Source of the DNA: Myxococcaceae bacterium
GTDB lineage: Bacteria > Myxococcota > Myxococcia > Myxococcales > Myxococcaceae
Length of the DNA stretch: 64,000 bases
Reading direction: 5' to 3'
Assembly: GCA_036675345.1 (NCBI GenBank)
Contig: JAKFFE010000022.1
Coordinates: 127,742-191,741, forward strand
The stretch's first letter is position 1; the number at the start of each line of letters is the position of its first letter. The position numbers and the translations under genes were made by a program. The notes under the pieces were generated by a model. The model was not told where the DNA came from and did not search any database. It saw only the letters and a list, made by a program, of their open reading frames with translations. Shown one piece after another: positions 28,719-37,584 of the stretch.

Positions 28719-29114
28719 CTAGACCGTGAAGCTGTCCCCGCAACCGCAGGCGGCCTTCACGTTCGGGTTGTGCAGCTTGAACCCGGACGCCATCAGCCCG
28801 TCCTCGTAGATGAGCTCGGTGCCGATCAGGTACAGGTAGCTCTTGGGGTCCACGAAGATGCGGACTCCCTCCCGCTCGAAGATCTTGTCGCGCTCGCGGG
28901 GCTGCTCCGCCCACTCCAGGTTGTAGGAGAGCCCCGAGCAGCCGCCGCCCTTCACCGCGATCCGCAGTCCGGCCTCGGGCGTCTTGCGGTCCTCCAGCAG
29001 CATCCGCAGCCGCGTGACGGCGCTGTCGCCGATCCCCACGCCCCTGGGCTTGGCGGGAGCGGGCGCCGGCGTGGCGGCGGTGGGGGAGGAGGTCTGGGTC
29101 TGCGGCTCGCTCAT
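28719..29114 (-). CDS. iscA: Fe-S cluster insertion protein IscA (HesB family)
   Basis: AVKGGGCSGLSY ... C-terminal CGCGDSFTV (the three conserved Cys). The ATG overlaps the iscU stop (ATGA). The ORF-track N-terminal extension is an artefact. Confidence 0.85.
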   Translation of the reverse strand: MSEPQTQTSSPTAATPAPAPAKPRGVGIGDSAVTRLRMLLEDRKTPEAGLRIAVKGGGCSGLSYNLEWAEQPRERDKIFEREGVRIFVDPKSYLYLIGTELIYEDGLMASGFKLHNPNVKAACGCGDSFTV

Positions 29115-29116
29115 GA

Positions 29117-29518
29117 TCAACCCTGCGCGGCCTTCTTGGACTCGCGCTTCTTCTTGAAGTCGGCGATGGCGGCCTTGATCGCGTCCTCGGCCAGCACCGA
29201 GCAGTGGATCTTCACCGGCGGCAGCGACAGCTCCTTGGCCACCTCCTTGTTGGTGATCTCCATCGCCTGGTCCACGGTCTTGCCCTTTACCCACTCGGTC
29301 ACCAGCGACGAGGAGGCGATGGCCGAACCGCAGCCGAAGGTCTTGAACTTGGCGTCCTCGATGATCCCGTCGTCGGTGATCCGCAGCTGCAGCCGCATCA
29401 CGTCGCCGCAGGCGGGGGCGCCCACCAGCCCGGTCCCCACGTTGGGATCGGACTTGTCCAGGGTCCCCACGTTCCGGGGGTTCTCGTAGTGCTCGATGAC
29501 CTTCTCGCTGTACGCCAT
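29117..29518 (-). CDS. iscU: Fe-S cluster scaffold IscU
   Basis: GAPACGDVM, GCGSAIASS, LPPVKIHCS (the three Cys ligands plus the LPPVK HscA-binding motif). Confidence 0.9.
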   Translation of the reverse strand: MAYSEKVIEHYENPRNVGTLDKSDPNVGTGLVGAPACGDVMRLQLRITDDGIIEDAKFKTFGCGSAIASSSLVTEWVKGKTVDQAMEITNKEVAKELSLPPVKIHCSVLAEDAIKAAIADFKKKRESKKAAQG

Positions 29519-29573
29519 GACGTGCTCCTGACTCCAAAAGCTAGATGCGAAAATCGTTAGAGACCGCGCTGCC

Positions 29574-30935
29574 TCAGTGAGCCGTCCACTCCACGCTCTT
29601 GAGGTCGACGCCTTCCTTGGCCATCTCGTACAGCGGGCTCATCTCCCGAAGCTTGCTCACCTTCTCCACCACCAGGCGGGCGACATAGTCGATCTCCTCC
29701 TCGGTGTTGAAGCGGCCGATCCCGAAGCGGATCGAGCTGTGCGCCATGTCCTCTTCCACGCCCAGGTTGCGCAGCACGTAGGAGGGTTCCAGGGAGGCCG
29801 AGGTGCAGGCCGAACCGGAGGACACCGCCACGTCCTTGATCGCCATCATCAGCCCCTCTCCCTCCACGTAGGAGAAGGAGATGTTCAGGCTGCCGGGGAG
29901 CCGGTGCTGCAGCGACCCGTTGACGATGCACATGTCCAGGTGATCGAAGATGTACTTGCGCAGCTTCTCCCGCATCCGGAACAGCCGGGCGGACTCCTCC
30001 GCCATCTCGGACTTGGCCAGCTCGCAGGCCACGCCGAAGCCGACGATCGCCGGGACGTTCAGGGTGCCCGAGCGCATCCCGCGCTCGTGCCCTCCGCCGT
30101 CCACCATCGGGGCGATCCGCACCCGCGGCTTGCGGCGCACGTAGAGGGCGCCCACGCCCTTGGGGCCGTACATCTTGTGCGCGGAGAGGGAGGCCAGATC
30201 CACCTTCGCCTCATCCACGTTGAAGGGGACCTTGCCCACGCCCTGCACCGCGTCGCAGTGGAAGAGCACGCCGCGCTCGCGGCAGATCTTCCCGATCTCG
30301 TTGACCGGCTGGACCACGCCGATCTCGTTGTTGGCCAGCATGATGCTGACCAGGATCGTCTTGTCGGTGATCGCCGCCTTCAGCTGCTCCAGGTCCACCA
30401 GCCCGTCCGGCTTCACGTCCAGGTAGGTGACCCGGGCGCCGGCCGGCACGTTCGCGGTCCAGCGCTGGAAAACCTCGTCGGTCTCCAGGTCGAACCGGGC
30501 GGCGATCTCGTTGACGTTGTCCGCGGTGACGTCGGTCTTGGCCAGCTCGGAGAGCCGCAGCATCCGCAGCTCTTCAATCCGCTCCGAGCGCTGACGCTCC
30601 AGCCGCTTGCAGGTGTCCAGGACCGCCTTGTGCTCGGTCTTGAGGGTGATGATGTGATCGCCCTTGGAGCGGTAGAACTCCACCACGCCCTTGATCGCCA
30701 GGTTGTCGGACTCGGTGGCCCCGGAGGTGAAGACGATCTCCTTGTCCGAGGCGCCGATCAGCGCACCGACCTGGGCCCGGGCCTTCTCCACCGCCGCCTC
30801 GGCCTTCCAGCCGAAGGGGTGGTTCCGCGACGACGCGTTCCCGAAGTCCTCGCGCAGGTAGGGCAGCATCGCGTCGAGCACCCGCGGGTCCATCGGCGTG
30901 GTGGCGTGGTTGTCCAGGTAGATTGGCAGCTTCAT
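29574..30935 (-). CDS. iscS: Cysteine desulfurase IscS (class I PLP enzyme) with a ~49-aa lineage-specific insertion
   Basis: [17 protein letters not shown] lysine [10 protein letters not shown]. Active-site SSGSACTS. C-terminal SVEWTAH. 453 aa versus about 404 for the E. coli type, with extra residues between LERQ and ARVTYL. Confidence 0.9.
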   Translation of the reverse strand: MKLPIYLDNHATTPMDPRVLDAMLPYLREDFGNASSRNHPFGWKAEAAVEKARAQVGALIGASDKEIVFTSGATESDNLAIKGVVEFYRSKGDHIITLKTEHKAVLDTCKRLERQRSERIEELRMLRLSELAKTDVTADNVNEIAARFDLETDEVFQRWTANVPAGARVTYLDVKPDGLVDLEQLKAAITDKTILVSIMLANNEIGVVQPVNEIGKICRERGVLFHCDAVQGVGKVPFNVDEAKVDLASLSAHKMYGPKGVGALYVRRKPRVRIAPMVDGGGHERGMRSGTLNVPAIVGFGVACELAKSEMAEESARLFRMREKLRKYIFDHLDMCIVNGSLQHRLPGSLNISFSYVEGEGLMMAIKDVAVSSGSACTSASLEPSYVLRNLGVEEDMAHSSIRFGIGRFNTEEEIDYVARLVVEKVSKLREMSPLYEMAKEGVDLKSVEWTAH

Positions 30936-30974
30936 CGCTCTCTCGAACCCCTTGAAACCCTTGAAGGAACACCG

Positions 30975-31050
30975 ACAACGTTGGTGGTCGGCCTACATGT
31001 AACCACCAATGTGGACCAAATTGGTCCTGATTGACCTCTATCTATAGAAA
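30975..31050. promoter_or_regulatory. Lower-GC divergent intergenic region with two palindromes (candidate operator/promoter for the isc operon and/or flotillin gene)
   Basis: AACGTTGGTGGT-N13-ACCACCAATGT (11/12 inverted repeat), then the perfect 15-bp palindrome GGACCAAATTGGTCC, then TTGACC...TATAGAAAT. Confidence 0.4.
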
Positions 31051-31228
31051 TCCCGCGGGTCTGGTCAAGCCAACCTGCCCCCCGGCCGCAGTGGTCCAGG
31101 GCGGGGCAGGTGAACCAAAGAGGAGGAGTCATGCACCGGAAGGGCGCAGGCCCCCGGGACAACCGTCGGAATTCACGGCGGCTTCCCCTTGGCAGGGAGC
31201 GTGCTGAGGGGTCCGGGCGGAGGATGCG

Positions 31229-32773
31229 ATGAACCAGGTCGATACCAGCGAGAAGCGGCGCGGCAACGGAGTCATCCAGTCGGGGCGGGCCGAGCTCTCC
31301 CTCGAGCCCAAGGTCCGCTACCCGGAGGGCTGGCGGGCAGGGAAGCCCGAGGAGGACCCGGACAAGGTGAAGCGCTGGGGCTTCCTCTCCGCCAAGCCCA
31401 GCGAGTTCCTGATCCGGATGCGCGGCGGCCAGGTGCTGACCGCGGCGCAGGGGGCGGCGTGCTTCAAGTTCCCCTGGGACTCGGTGGCCATCGTCCCCAC
31501 CACCATCCAGCGGCTGCACTTCACCGCGGATCAGGTGACCTCGGAGAAGGTGGGGGTGCAGGTGACCGGGTTGGCGGTGTACCGGATCGCCGAGCCGCTG
31601 ATCGCCTTCCGGATGCTCAACTTCTCCTACCCGGAGCGGGCCTCGGAGAAGCTGGAGCGGATGCTGGCGGAGATGTTCGTGGGCGCTGTCCGCCGGCTGG
31701 TGGCGAACCTCTCGGTGGAGCAGTGCCTGACCAAGCGCAAGGAGGGCCTGGCCACCGAGCTGATGCGGGAGATCGCCCCGGTGGTCTCCGGCAGCGGCCG
31801 CAACGAGGACCACACCCAGAAGGGCTGGGGGGTGGTGATCGACACCATCGAGATCCAAGACGTGCGGGTGTTGTCGCAGCAGGTGTTCGCCAACATGCAG
31901 GCCCGCTACCGCCAGGAACAGGAGCGGGTGGCGCGCGAGGCGGAGCTGCACAAGGAGCGCGCCTTGCAGCAGGGGAAGGCGGAGGCGGACCGGGTGATCG
32001 CCCTGGCCCGGGTGGCCAGCGAGACCGAGATCCGCGAACAGCAGCGCAACGCGGATGAGCATGGGCGGGTGGCGCAGATCGCCACCGAGAAGCGGGTGAG
32101 CGAGGCCAAGACCGCCCAGGAGCGCGCGCTGGAGCAGTCCAAGGTGGAGAGCGCCCGGGCGCTGGCGCTGGAGCGGCTGGAGGCAGAGCTGGAGGTCAAG
32201 CGCCGGCGCCAGGAGGCGGAGGAGAAGGCGCAGCTGGAGGCGCTGGCGGCGGAGGGCCGCAAGGAGGAGGCTCGGCTGGCCCACGAGCGGGCGATGGCGG
32301 CGGCCCGGCTGCAGGCGGAGGTGGAGAAGTTGCGGCTGGAGGCGGAGGCGGAGGCGGCCAAGTTCGAGGCCCGGCTCCAAGGCGTCCAGCAGGAGGTGCA
32401 CATCGTCCAGGCCCAGGCGGCGCTGGCCGAGTCCCGGCGCAACCTCACCGAGGTGGAGCTGGCGATCGGGGAGTTGGAGGAGCGTCGCCAGCGGTCGGGG
32501 CAGGAGCTGGAGCTGTCGCTCAAGCGGGCCCTGCGGGAGATCGAGAACACGGTCTCGCCGGAGGTGATCCAGCTGCAGGTGGCGCAGCAGCTGCCGCAGA
32601 TCGCCGCCGCCTTCCAGCAGAACATGGGCGAGGTCCACGTCACCTCAGTGGATGGGGCCAACCCGTTTGGCTACATCGCCGCCGCGGTGGAGGGGGTGAT
32701 GGGGCTGGCCCGGTCCGCCGGGCTCAAGGTTCCCCGCCCGGTGGACGAGTCACTGGTGCCGGCCCGGGAGTAG
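31229..32773 (+). CDS. SPFH/band-7 (flotillin-like) protein with a long coiled-coil
   Basis: N-terminal SPFH core (FKFPWDSVAIVPT...), followed by an EA-rich heptad region (EAELHKERALQQGKAEADR...) and a C-terminal flotillin-like tail. Confidence 0.8.
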   Translation: MNQVDTSEKRRGNGVIQSGRAELSLEPKVRYPEGWRAGKPEEDPDKVKRWGFLSAKPSEFLIRMRGGQVLTAAQGAACFKFPWDSVAIVPTTIQRLHFTADQVTSEKVGVQVTGLAVYRIAEPLIAFRMLNFSYPERASEKLERMLAEMFVGAVRRLVANLSVEQCLTKRKEGLATELMREIAPVVSGSGRNEDHTQKGWGVVIDTIEIQDVRVLSQQVFANMQARYRQEQERVAREAELHKERALQQGKAEADRVIALARVASETEIREQQRNADEHGRVAQIATEKRVSEAKTAQERALEQSKVESARALALERLEAELEVKRRRQEAEEKAQLEALAAEGRKEEARLAHERAMAAARLQAEVEKLRLEAEAEAAKFEARLQGVQQEVHIVQAQAALAESRRNLTEVELAIGELEERRQRSGQELELSLKRALREIENTVSPEVIQLQVAQQLPQIAAAFQQNMGEVHVTSVDGANPFGYIAAAVEGVMGLARSAGLKVPRPVDESLVPARE

Positions 32774-32879
32774 GCGAGGGGGCTGGCCGGTTGTGGGGCG
32801 CGTCCGGGCGGGGGCCTGCCCGGGCGCGCATCCATCAAGGTTGCGGCGTATAAGCTCGGGGCTTAGTCGAAGGGACCGA

Positions 32880-34292
32880 ATGAACCGCAACAAGCTCCTG
32901 CTCTTCGCGCTGGTCGCCGGCGCCGTCCTGTTCCTGGTGCCCTGGGTCCTGCCCGTGGGCCCCGACACCCAGCTGGACGCGGCCCGGTTCCTGGATGGCG
33001 GCCAGTTCCTCACCGGGGCGCTGGTGGTGTGGCTGGGCGGGCTTTTGACCGCGATGACCCCCTGCGTGTACCCGCTGATCCCGATCACCGTCAGCGTGTT
33101 CGGCGCCCGCAAGGACACCTCCCGCGGCAAGGCGGTGATCCTGACCAGCGCCTACATCGTGGGGATGGGGCTGGTCTTCGCCGGCCTGGGGATCCTGGCC
33201 GCCAAGACCGGTCAGGCCTTCGGGTCGATGCTGGGCAATCCGTATGTGGTGGGCGGGCTGGCGGTGTTCCTGCTGGTGCTGGCCTCCTCCATGTTCGGCG
33301 CCTTCGAGCTGGCCCTCCCCTCCGGGCTGGCCTCCCGGCTGTCCACCGTGGGCGGGACCGGGATCGCCGGGGCGCTGCTGATGGGGGCGGTGTCCGGCTT
33401 TTTGGCCGCGCCCTGCACCGGCCCGGTGCTGACCGGGCTGCTGGCGTTCGTGGCCAAGACCCAGAGCACGGTGCTGGGCGGTTCGCTGCTGTTCATCTAC
33501 GCGCTGGGGATCGGGGTGCCCTTCTTCCTGATCGGGGTGTTCGCGATCAAGCTGCCCAAGGGCGGGGTGTGGATGGAGTGGGTCAAGAGCGTGCTGGGGA
33601 TCACCCTGGTCGCGCTGGCCGCCACCTACATCCGGGACGCGGTGCCGGCGCTGCGCGAGGCCTCTTCGGCGATGGCCGCCTACCTGGGGTCCATCCCCGG
33701 CGCGGCGATCGCCGGGGTGGTGACCGCGGTGGGCGTGTTGCTGGGCGCCATCCACCTCTCCTTCAAGGCCCGGCTGGGCGAGGTGGTCCTCAAGACCGTG
33801 GGAGTGACGCTGGTGGTGGTGGCGATCCTGGTGCGGATCGCCGCCCTCAACGAGCACACCCAGGGAAAGCTGTGGGTGGACCTGGGCTGGGCCGAGGCGC
33901 CGGAGCACAAGGCGCTGGTCTGGCACCACAAGTTCCCCTCCGAGCAGGTCACCGCGGTGACCCACTTCGAGGAGCTGCTCAACCAGGCCCGCGCGGACGG
34001 CAAGCCGGTGATGATCGACTTCTACGCCGACTGGTGCGCCGCCTGTAAGGAACTGGACCGCGAGACCTACGTGGCCCCCACCGTGGTCACCGAGTCCGAC
34101 CGCTTCGTGAACATCAAGGTGGACGGGACCAACGAAGAGGACGCGATCATGGAGCTCTACGATCGCTTCGGGGTCCAGGGGCTGCCCACGGTGGCCTTCA
34201 TCTCCTCCGAAGGACAGATCCTCAAGGACCCGCGGGTGACCGGCTTTCTCAAGCCGGACAAGTTCCTGGGCGAGCTGCAGAAGGTCCGCTGA
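32880..34292 (+). CDS. Thiol:disulfide interchange protein DsbD-like (CcdA-type TM core plus C-terminal thioredoxin domain)
   Basis: The TM core has conserved Cys (MTPCVYPLIP; AAPCTGPVL). The C-terminal domain carries DFYADWCAACKELD (CxxC). ATG at 32880. Confidence 0.8.
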   Translation: MNRNKLLLFALVAGAVLFLVPWVLPVGPDTQLDAARFLDGGQFLTGALVVWLGGLLTAMTPCVYPLIPITVSVFGARKDTSRGKAVILTSAYIVGMGLVFAGLGILAAKTGQAFGSMLGNPYVVGGLAVFLLVLASSMFGAFELALPSGLASRLSTVGGTGIAGALLMGAVSGFLAAPCTGPVLTGLLAFVAKTQSTVLGGSLLFIYALGIGVPFFLIGVFAIKLPKGGVWMEWVKSVLGITLVALAATYIRDAVPALREASSAMAAYLGSIPGAAIAGVVTAVGVLLGAIHLSFKARLGEVVLKTVGVTLVVVAILVRIAALNEHTQGKLWVDLGWAEAPEHKALVWHHKFPSEQVTAVTHFEELLNQARADGKPVMIDFYADWCAACKELDRETYVAPTVVTESDRFVNIKVDGTNEEDAIMELYDRFGVQGLPTVAFISSEGQILKDPRVTGFLKPDKFLGELQKVR

Positions 34293-34308
34293 CGGCCTTC
34301 CGCGGCAC

Positions 34309-34443
34309 TCAGGAACTCCTGACCCGATCAAGCCAATAGCCGGGTCGCCTTCGCTCGTGGGCATAGGCGATGACGACGACGGTTCCCTCGTGCTCGATGA
34401 AGACGATCCAGAGGGGAAACGGGGTCAGGGCACCCTTCGCGCT
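34309..34443 (-). pseudogene. Remnant of a RelE/ParE-family toxin gene (C-terminal ~44 codons only; N-terminal fragment in another frame)
   Basis: The minus-strand frame directly after the antitoxin stop reads ...PLWIVFIEHEGTVVVIAYAHERRRPGYWLDRVRSS*, typical of a ParE/RelE C-terminus. No in-frame start. A possible N-terminal piece VSRRVVEARRVP* sits in a different frame overlapping the antitoxin 3' end. Confidence 0.5.
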
Positions 34444-34674
34444 TCAACGACCCGACGGCTCACTTTGCGCGGAGCAGGGTGGCGATCCGAGCGTGGACTT
34501 CCTGGGAGGAGTTACCTTCCGGACACGCCGATCAATCTCCGCAGCCCATGCCGCTTCTGCCTCGGGCTCCGCCCCGCCATCGACGCTGGCGATCAGTTCA
34601 GCTGCCAGGCGCGCACGGTCGGGGGTCGGCAGCTTGAGAGCCTCCCCCAACAGCTTCTCCGTCTGGTCAGCCAT
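34444..34674 (-). CDS. Putative addiction-module antitoxin component (Unstab_antitox / TIGR02574-like)
   Basis: MADQTEKLLGEALKLPTPDRARLAAELIASV...EAEAAWAAEIDRRVRKV matches this antitoxin family. The C-terminal ~20 residues look atypical. Confidence 0.6.
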   Translation of the reverse strand: MADQTEKLLGEALKLPTPDRARLAAELIASVDGGAEPEAEAAWAAEIDRRVRKVTPPRKSTLGSPPCSAQSEPSGR

Positions 34675-34835
34675 TCGAGCCTCCGATCACTGAAGGCGAC
34701 TGTAGTAACTGGGGTCTTGGAGGGCCATGCGGGAGCGGCCTGGGCAGATTGAGTCCCGGGGAGGGAACGTTGGCGCCTGCCCAGTTGGCTGCTGGACGCC
34801 CTGCGGCAATTTCCCAGCAAGGCGCTATCACCGGT

Positions 34836-35585
34836 TCACGCCGCGGCGGTGAGGATGATCGGCTCGCCGCGGGTGACGATGATGCTGTGCTCGAACTGCG
34901 CGCCCAGGGTCTTGTCCGGGGTGCGGAGGGTCCAGCCATCCGCGTCTTCGACCACGAAGCGCGCGTTCATGGTCAGGAACGGCTCGATGGCGATCACCAG
35001 CCCCTCGGTGAGGATCGTCTGCTCGTCCCGCTCGTAGGTGTTGGAGACGCTGGGCGCCTCGTGAATGAACCGCCCCACCCCGTGGCCGCAGATGTTCCGG
35101 ATCACCTTGAAGCCATGGCGCTTGGCCCGGGCCTCGACCACCCGGCCGATCTCCCGCAGTGGCTTTCCGGCCCTGGCCTGCGCCAACGCATCCCTCAGCG
35201 CCGCCCGGGTGGCCTCCAGCAAGGCCTCGGTCCGCGCCGGCACCGCGCCCACCGCGAAGGTGGCGCCGGTGTCCGCCCAGTAGCCGTTGAGCTCGGCCGA
35301 CACGTCGACGTTGACCAGATCTCCTTCGCGCAGGACGACATCCTTGGACGGCACCCCGTGCGCCAGCGCGTCGTTCACGCTGATGCAGGTCCAGCCCGGG
35401 AACTTGTAGGCCAGCTGCGGCGCGGACCGGGCGCCGTGCTTGATCAACACCTCGCGGCCGACCTCATCCAGCTCCGCGGTGGTCATCCCCACCACGATGG
35501 CCCGGCCCATCGCGTCGCGGGCCTCCGCCACCACCGAACCAATCTTCTTCAGCGCTTCGACATCCTGGGGGCCTTCGATCGACAT
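34836..35585 (-). CDS. map: Type I methionine aminopeptidase
   Basis: Metal ligands in VNVDVSAELNGYWADT, ICGHGVG and AIEPF. 249 aa. Confidence 0.9.
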   Translation of the reverse strand: MSIEGPQDVEALKKIGSVVAEARDAMGRAIVVGMTTAELDEVGREVLIKHGARSAPQLAYKFPGWTCISVNDALAHGVPSKDVVLREGDLVNVDVSAELNGYWADTGATFAVGAVPARTEALLEATRAALRDALAQARAGKPLREIGRVVEARAKRHGFKVIRNICGHGVGRFIHEAPSVSNTYERDEQTILTEGLVIAIEPFLTMNARFVVEDADGWTLRTPDKTLGAQFEHSIIVTRGEPIILTAAA

Positions 35586-35673
35586 GGACGGAGGTTACCG
35601 CAGGAAGGGGAGGGGCCGCGCGATCGGCTCTCAGCGTCGATCAGGTCGCCTGCCGTCCCCCGCCGACAGCGGG

Positions 35674-37209
35674 TCAGGCGTGTCGGCTCTCGGGGAGAGG
35701 GCTACTGGCTCTCGGCAGGGACATCGGCCGACTCGCCCCTGCCTGCCTGGCGATCAACGAGGTCGTTACCTGAAGCCAGCGGCGAACCTGGGTCAGCACC
35801 AGGAACTCGTCGTGGACGTGGCGCTGGCCGCTCTGGCCCCACCGCAGCCGCTGCATCGGGTCCTGCAGCATCTGGTACAGGGTGCCGGCCACGGTCTGGG
35901 TGTCGTTGGGATCCGGGATCAGCCTTCCATCCAGTCCGTCGCGGATCTGCTGGCGCAGGCCCCAGGCCTGGGAGCCCAGCACCGGGATCCCCTTCCACAT
36001 CGCCTCGGTGGCGGTCAGTCCGAAGCCCTCCCGCAGCGAGTTCTGCACCACCACCGTGGAACAGCGCTGCAGGCCGTTGACCATCAGGGCGTTGTGCTTC
36101 ACCGACACCATCGGCAGGAGCAGGATCGCCACGTCCTCCTGGAGCCCGGGCGGCAACCGGGCGTAGGCCGCCGCCAGCTCCTGCAGCACCTCCTTGGCCT
36201 CCGGGTCATCCGCGATCGAGGCCGGGTCCGGACCGGCCAGCACCAGTCGGAGGATCTGCAGCCGACGCCGGTGGCGGGGATCGATCCCCGGTCGGTCCAC
36301 ATCCTGTTTGAGCACCGCGAAGGCCCGCAGCAGCGGCAAGAAGCCCTTGAGCCGATCCCAGCGGGAGACCTGGGTGACGATCGGGCGGTACATCAGCCCG
36401 ATCTCCTCGTGGTCCAGCGCCCCGCGGAAGCGTCCATCCGGCTGCAGCCGCAGCGCGCGATCTTCGAAGGGCGGGGTGACCACCGGATGGTAGGGGGCCA
36501 CCAGTCCCGCGTTGCTGAGCACGCCCACCAGCTTGTGGGGCGGCAGGTCCCGGTTCTTGTGGCTCATCGGATCCAGCCCGGGGCGGATGATCGAGCTTCT
36601 GCCCGCCAGGAAGTCGCGGATGTATTCGGTGGCGGAGAACACCGCGTGGTCGAACTGCTGCCCGTAGGGGCGAAGGAAGTTCCAGGCGGCGGTGGTCTGC
36701 GTGGTCTCCTCGTTGAGGCCGATGTGGCTGCGGAACAGGGTGGACAGCCCCAGACTCCGCTTCAGGCTGGCCCCCACTCCCATTGGCTGGGGATCGTGCA
36801 CCACCAGCAGGTCCTGGGGCGCCAGCAGTGGTCGCAGGGCCCGGGCGCACTCCTCGCTGGTGAGGTCGTAGAGGGCGCGGTCCGCTGCGGTGAGCTCCGG
36901 GTTGCCCTCTCCGTGGATCAGGTTGTGCAACCGCTTGGTGAGGGCGAAGAACTCCGGACGGGAGGGGCGCATCACCACCCACTCCACCGAGGCCCCCACC
37001 TCCTGCAGCAGCGAGACCAGGCGGGGCATCATCTCCGCCACCCCGCCGCCCACCGAGGTGGAGCTGAGCATCCAGATCTTCCGGTCCCCCAGCTCCGGCA
37101 CCAGGCATCTGGCCTCGGCGCGCAGCGACTGCACCGCGCCGGCCAGGTGGACCAGCGCCCCGTAGTCACCGAGGCCCAGGTGGGCCTCCACCGGGATCCG
37201 TTCGATCAC
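35674..37209 (-). CDS. Glycosyltransferase family 4 (GT-B; trehalose-synthase TreT-like)
   Basis: KIWMLSSTSVGGGVAEMMPRL (the TreT-like N-terminal motif) and the C-terminal GT4 EGFGLTATEAMWKGIPV. GTG start 2 nt after the upstream stop. Confidence 0.7.
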   Translation of the reverse strand: MIERIPVEAHLGLGDYGALVHLAGAVQSLRAEARCLVPELGDRKIWMLSSTSVGGGVAEMMPRLVSLLQEVGASVEWVVMRPSRPEFFALTKRLHNLIHGEGNPELTAADRALYDLTSEECARALRPLLAPQDLLVVHDPQPMGVGASLKRSLGLSTLFRSHIGLNEETTQTTAAWNFLRPYGQQFDHAVFSATEYIRDFLAGRSSIIRPGLDPMSHKNRDLPPHKLVGVLSNAGLVAPYHPVVTPPFEDRALRLQPDGRFRGALDHEEIGLMYRPIVTQVSRWDRLKGFLPLLRAFAVLKQDVDRPGIDPRHRRRLQILRLVLAGPDPASIADDPEAKEVLQELAAAYARLPPGLQEDVAILLLPMVSVKHNALMVNGLQRCSTVVVQNSLREGFGLTATEAMWKGIPVLGSQAWGLRQQIRDGLDGRLIPDPNDTQTVAGTLYQMLQDPMQRLRWGQSGQRHVHDEFLVLTQVRRWLQVTTSLIARQAGASRPMSLPRASSPLPESRHA

Positions 37210-37211
37210 CG

Positions 37212-37454
37212 CTAGACCCGATCCCGCAGCTCCCGGATTCCCTCCTGCCGGGAGCAGTTCGCACAGCAGAAGATCCGCCCCTCCTTCTCCAGCCCGTGGC
37301 CCAGGATCCGGCACTTGCAGTGGCCGCAACGTGGGGCCAGCGCTTCGATCGCGCACTCGAAGCTGTCGAAGGTGTGGCTCTTGCCTCCCAGGGTGATCAG
37401 GAAGGCCTTGTCGTAGTCGTTCCCGCACTGCTCGCACTTGGTGGCCATGGCCAT
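37212..37454 (-). CDS. Small Cys-rich zinc-ribbon-like protein (80 aa, about 10 Cys)
   Basis: MAMATKCEQCGNDYDKAF...FECAIEALAPRCGHCKCRILGH...IFCCANCSRQ. Co-directional and near-contiguous with the GT4 gene (2 nt apart) and the Ser/Thr kinase. Confidence 0.5.
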   Translation of the reverse strand: MAMATKCEQCGNDYDKAFLITLGGKSHTFDSFECAIEALAPRCGHCKCRILGHGLEKEGRIFCCANCSRQEGIRELRDRV

Positions 37455-37584
37455 GACGCTTCCTCCGCGCAGGGGCCACCTTCTGCTTGGCGGCCGGATA
37501 CCGTTCAAGCTGGGGACGTGGGGAGCCCCGGGCATCGGCCGCGGGGTCGGCCGCCTCCCGGGGAGGCGGAACGGGAGGCGCTGG

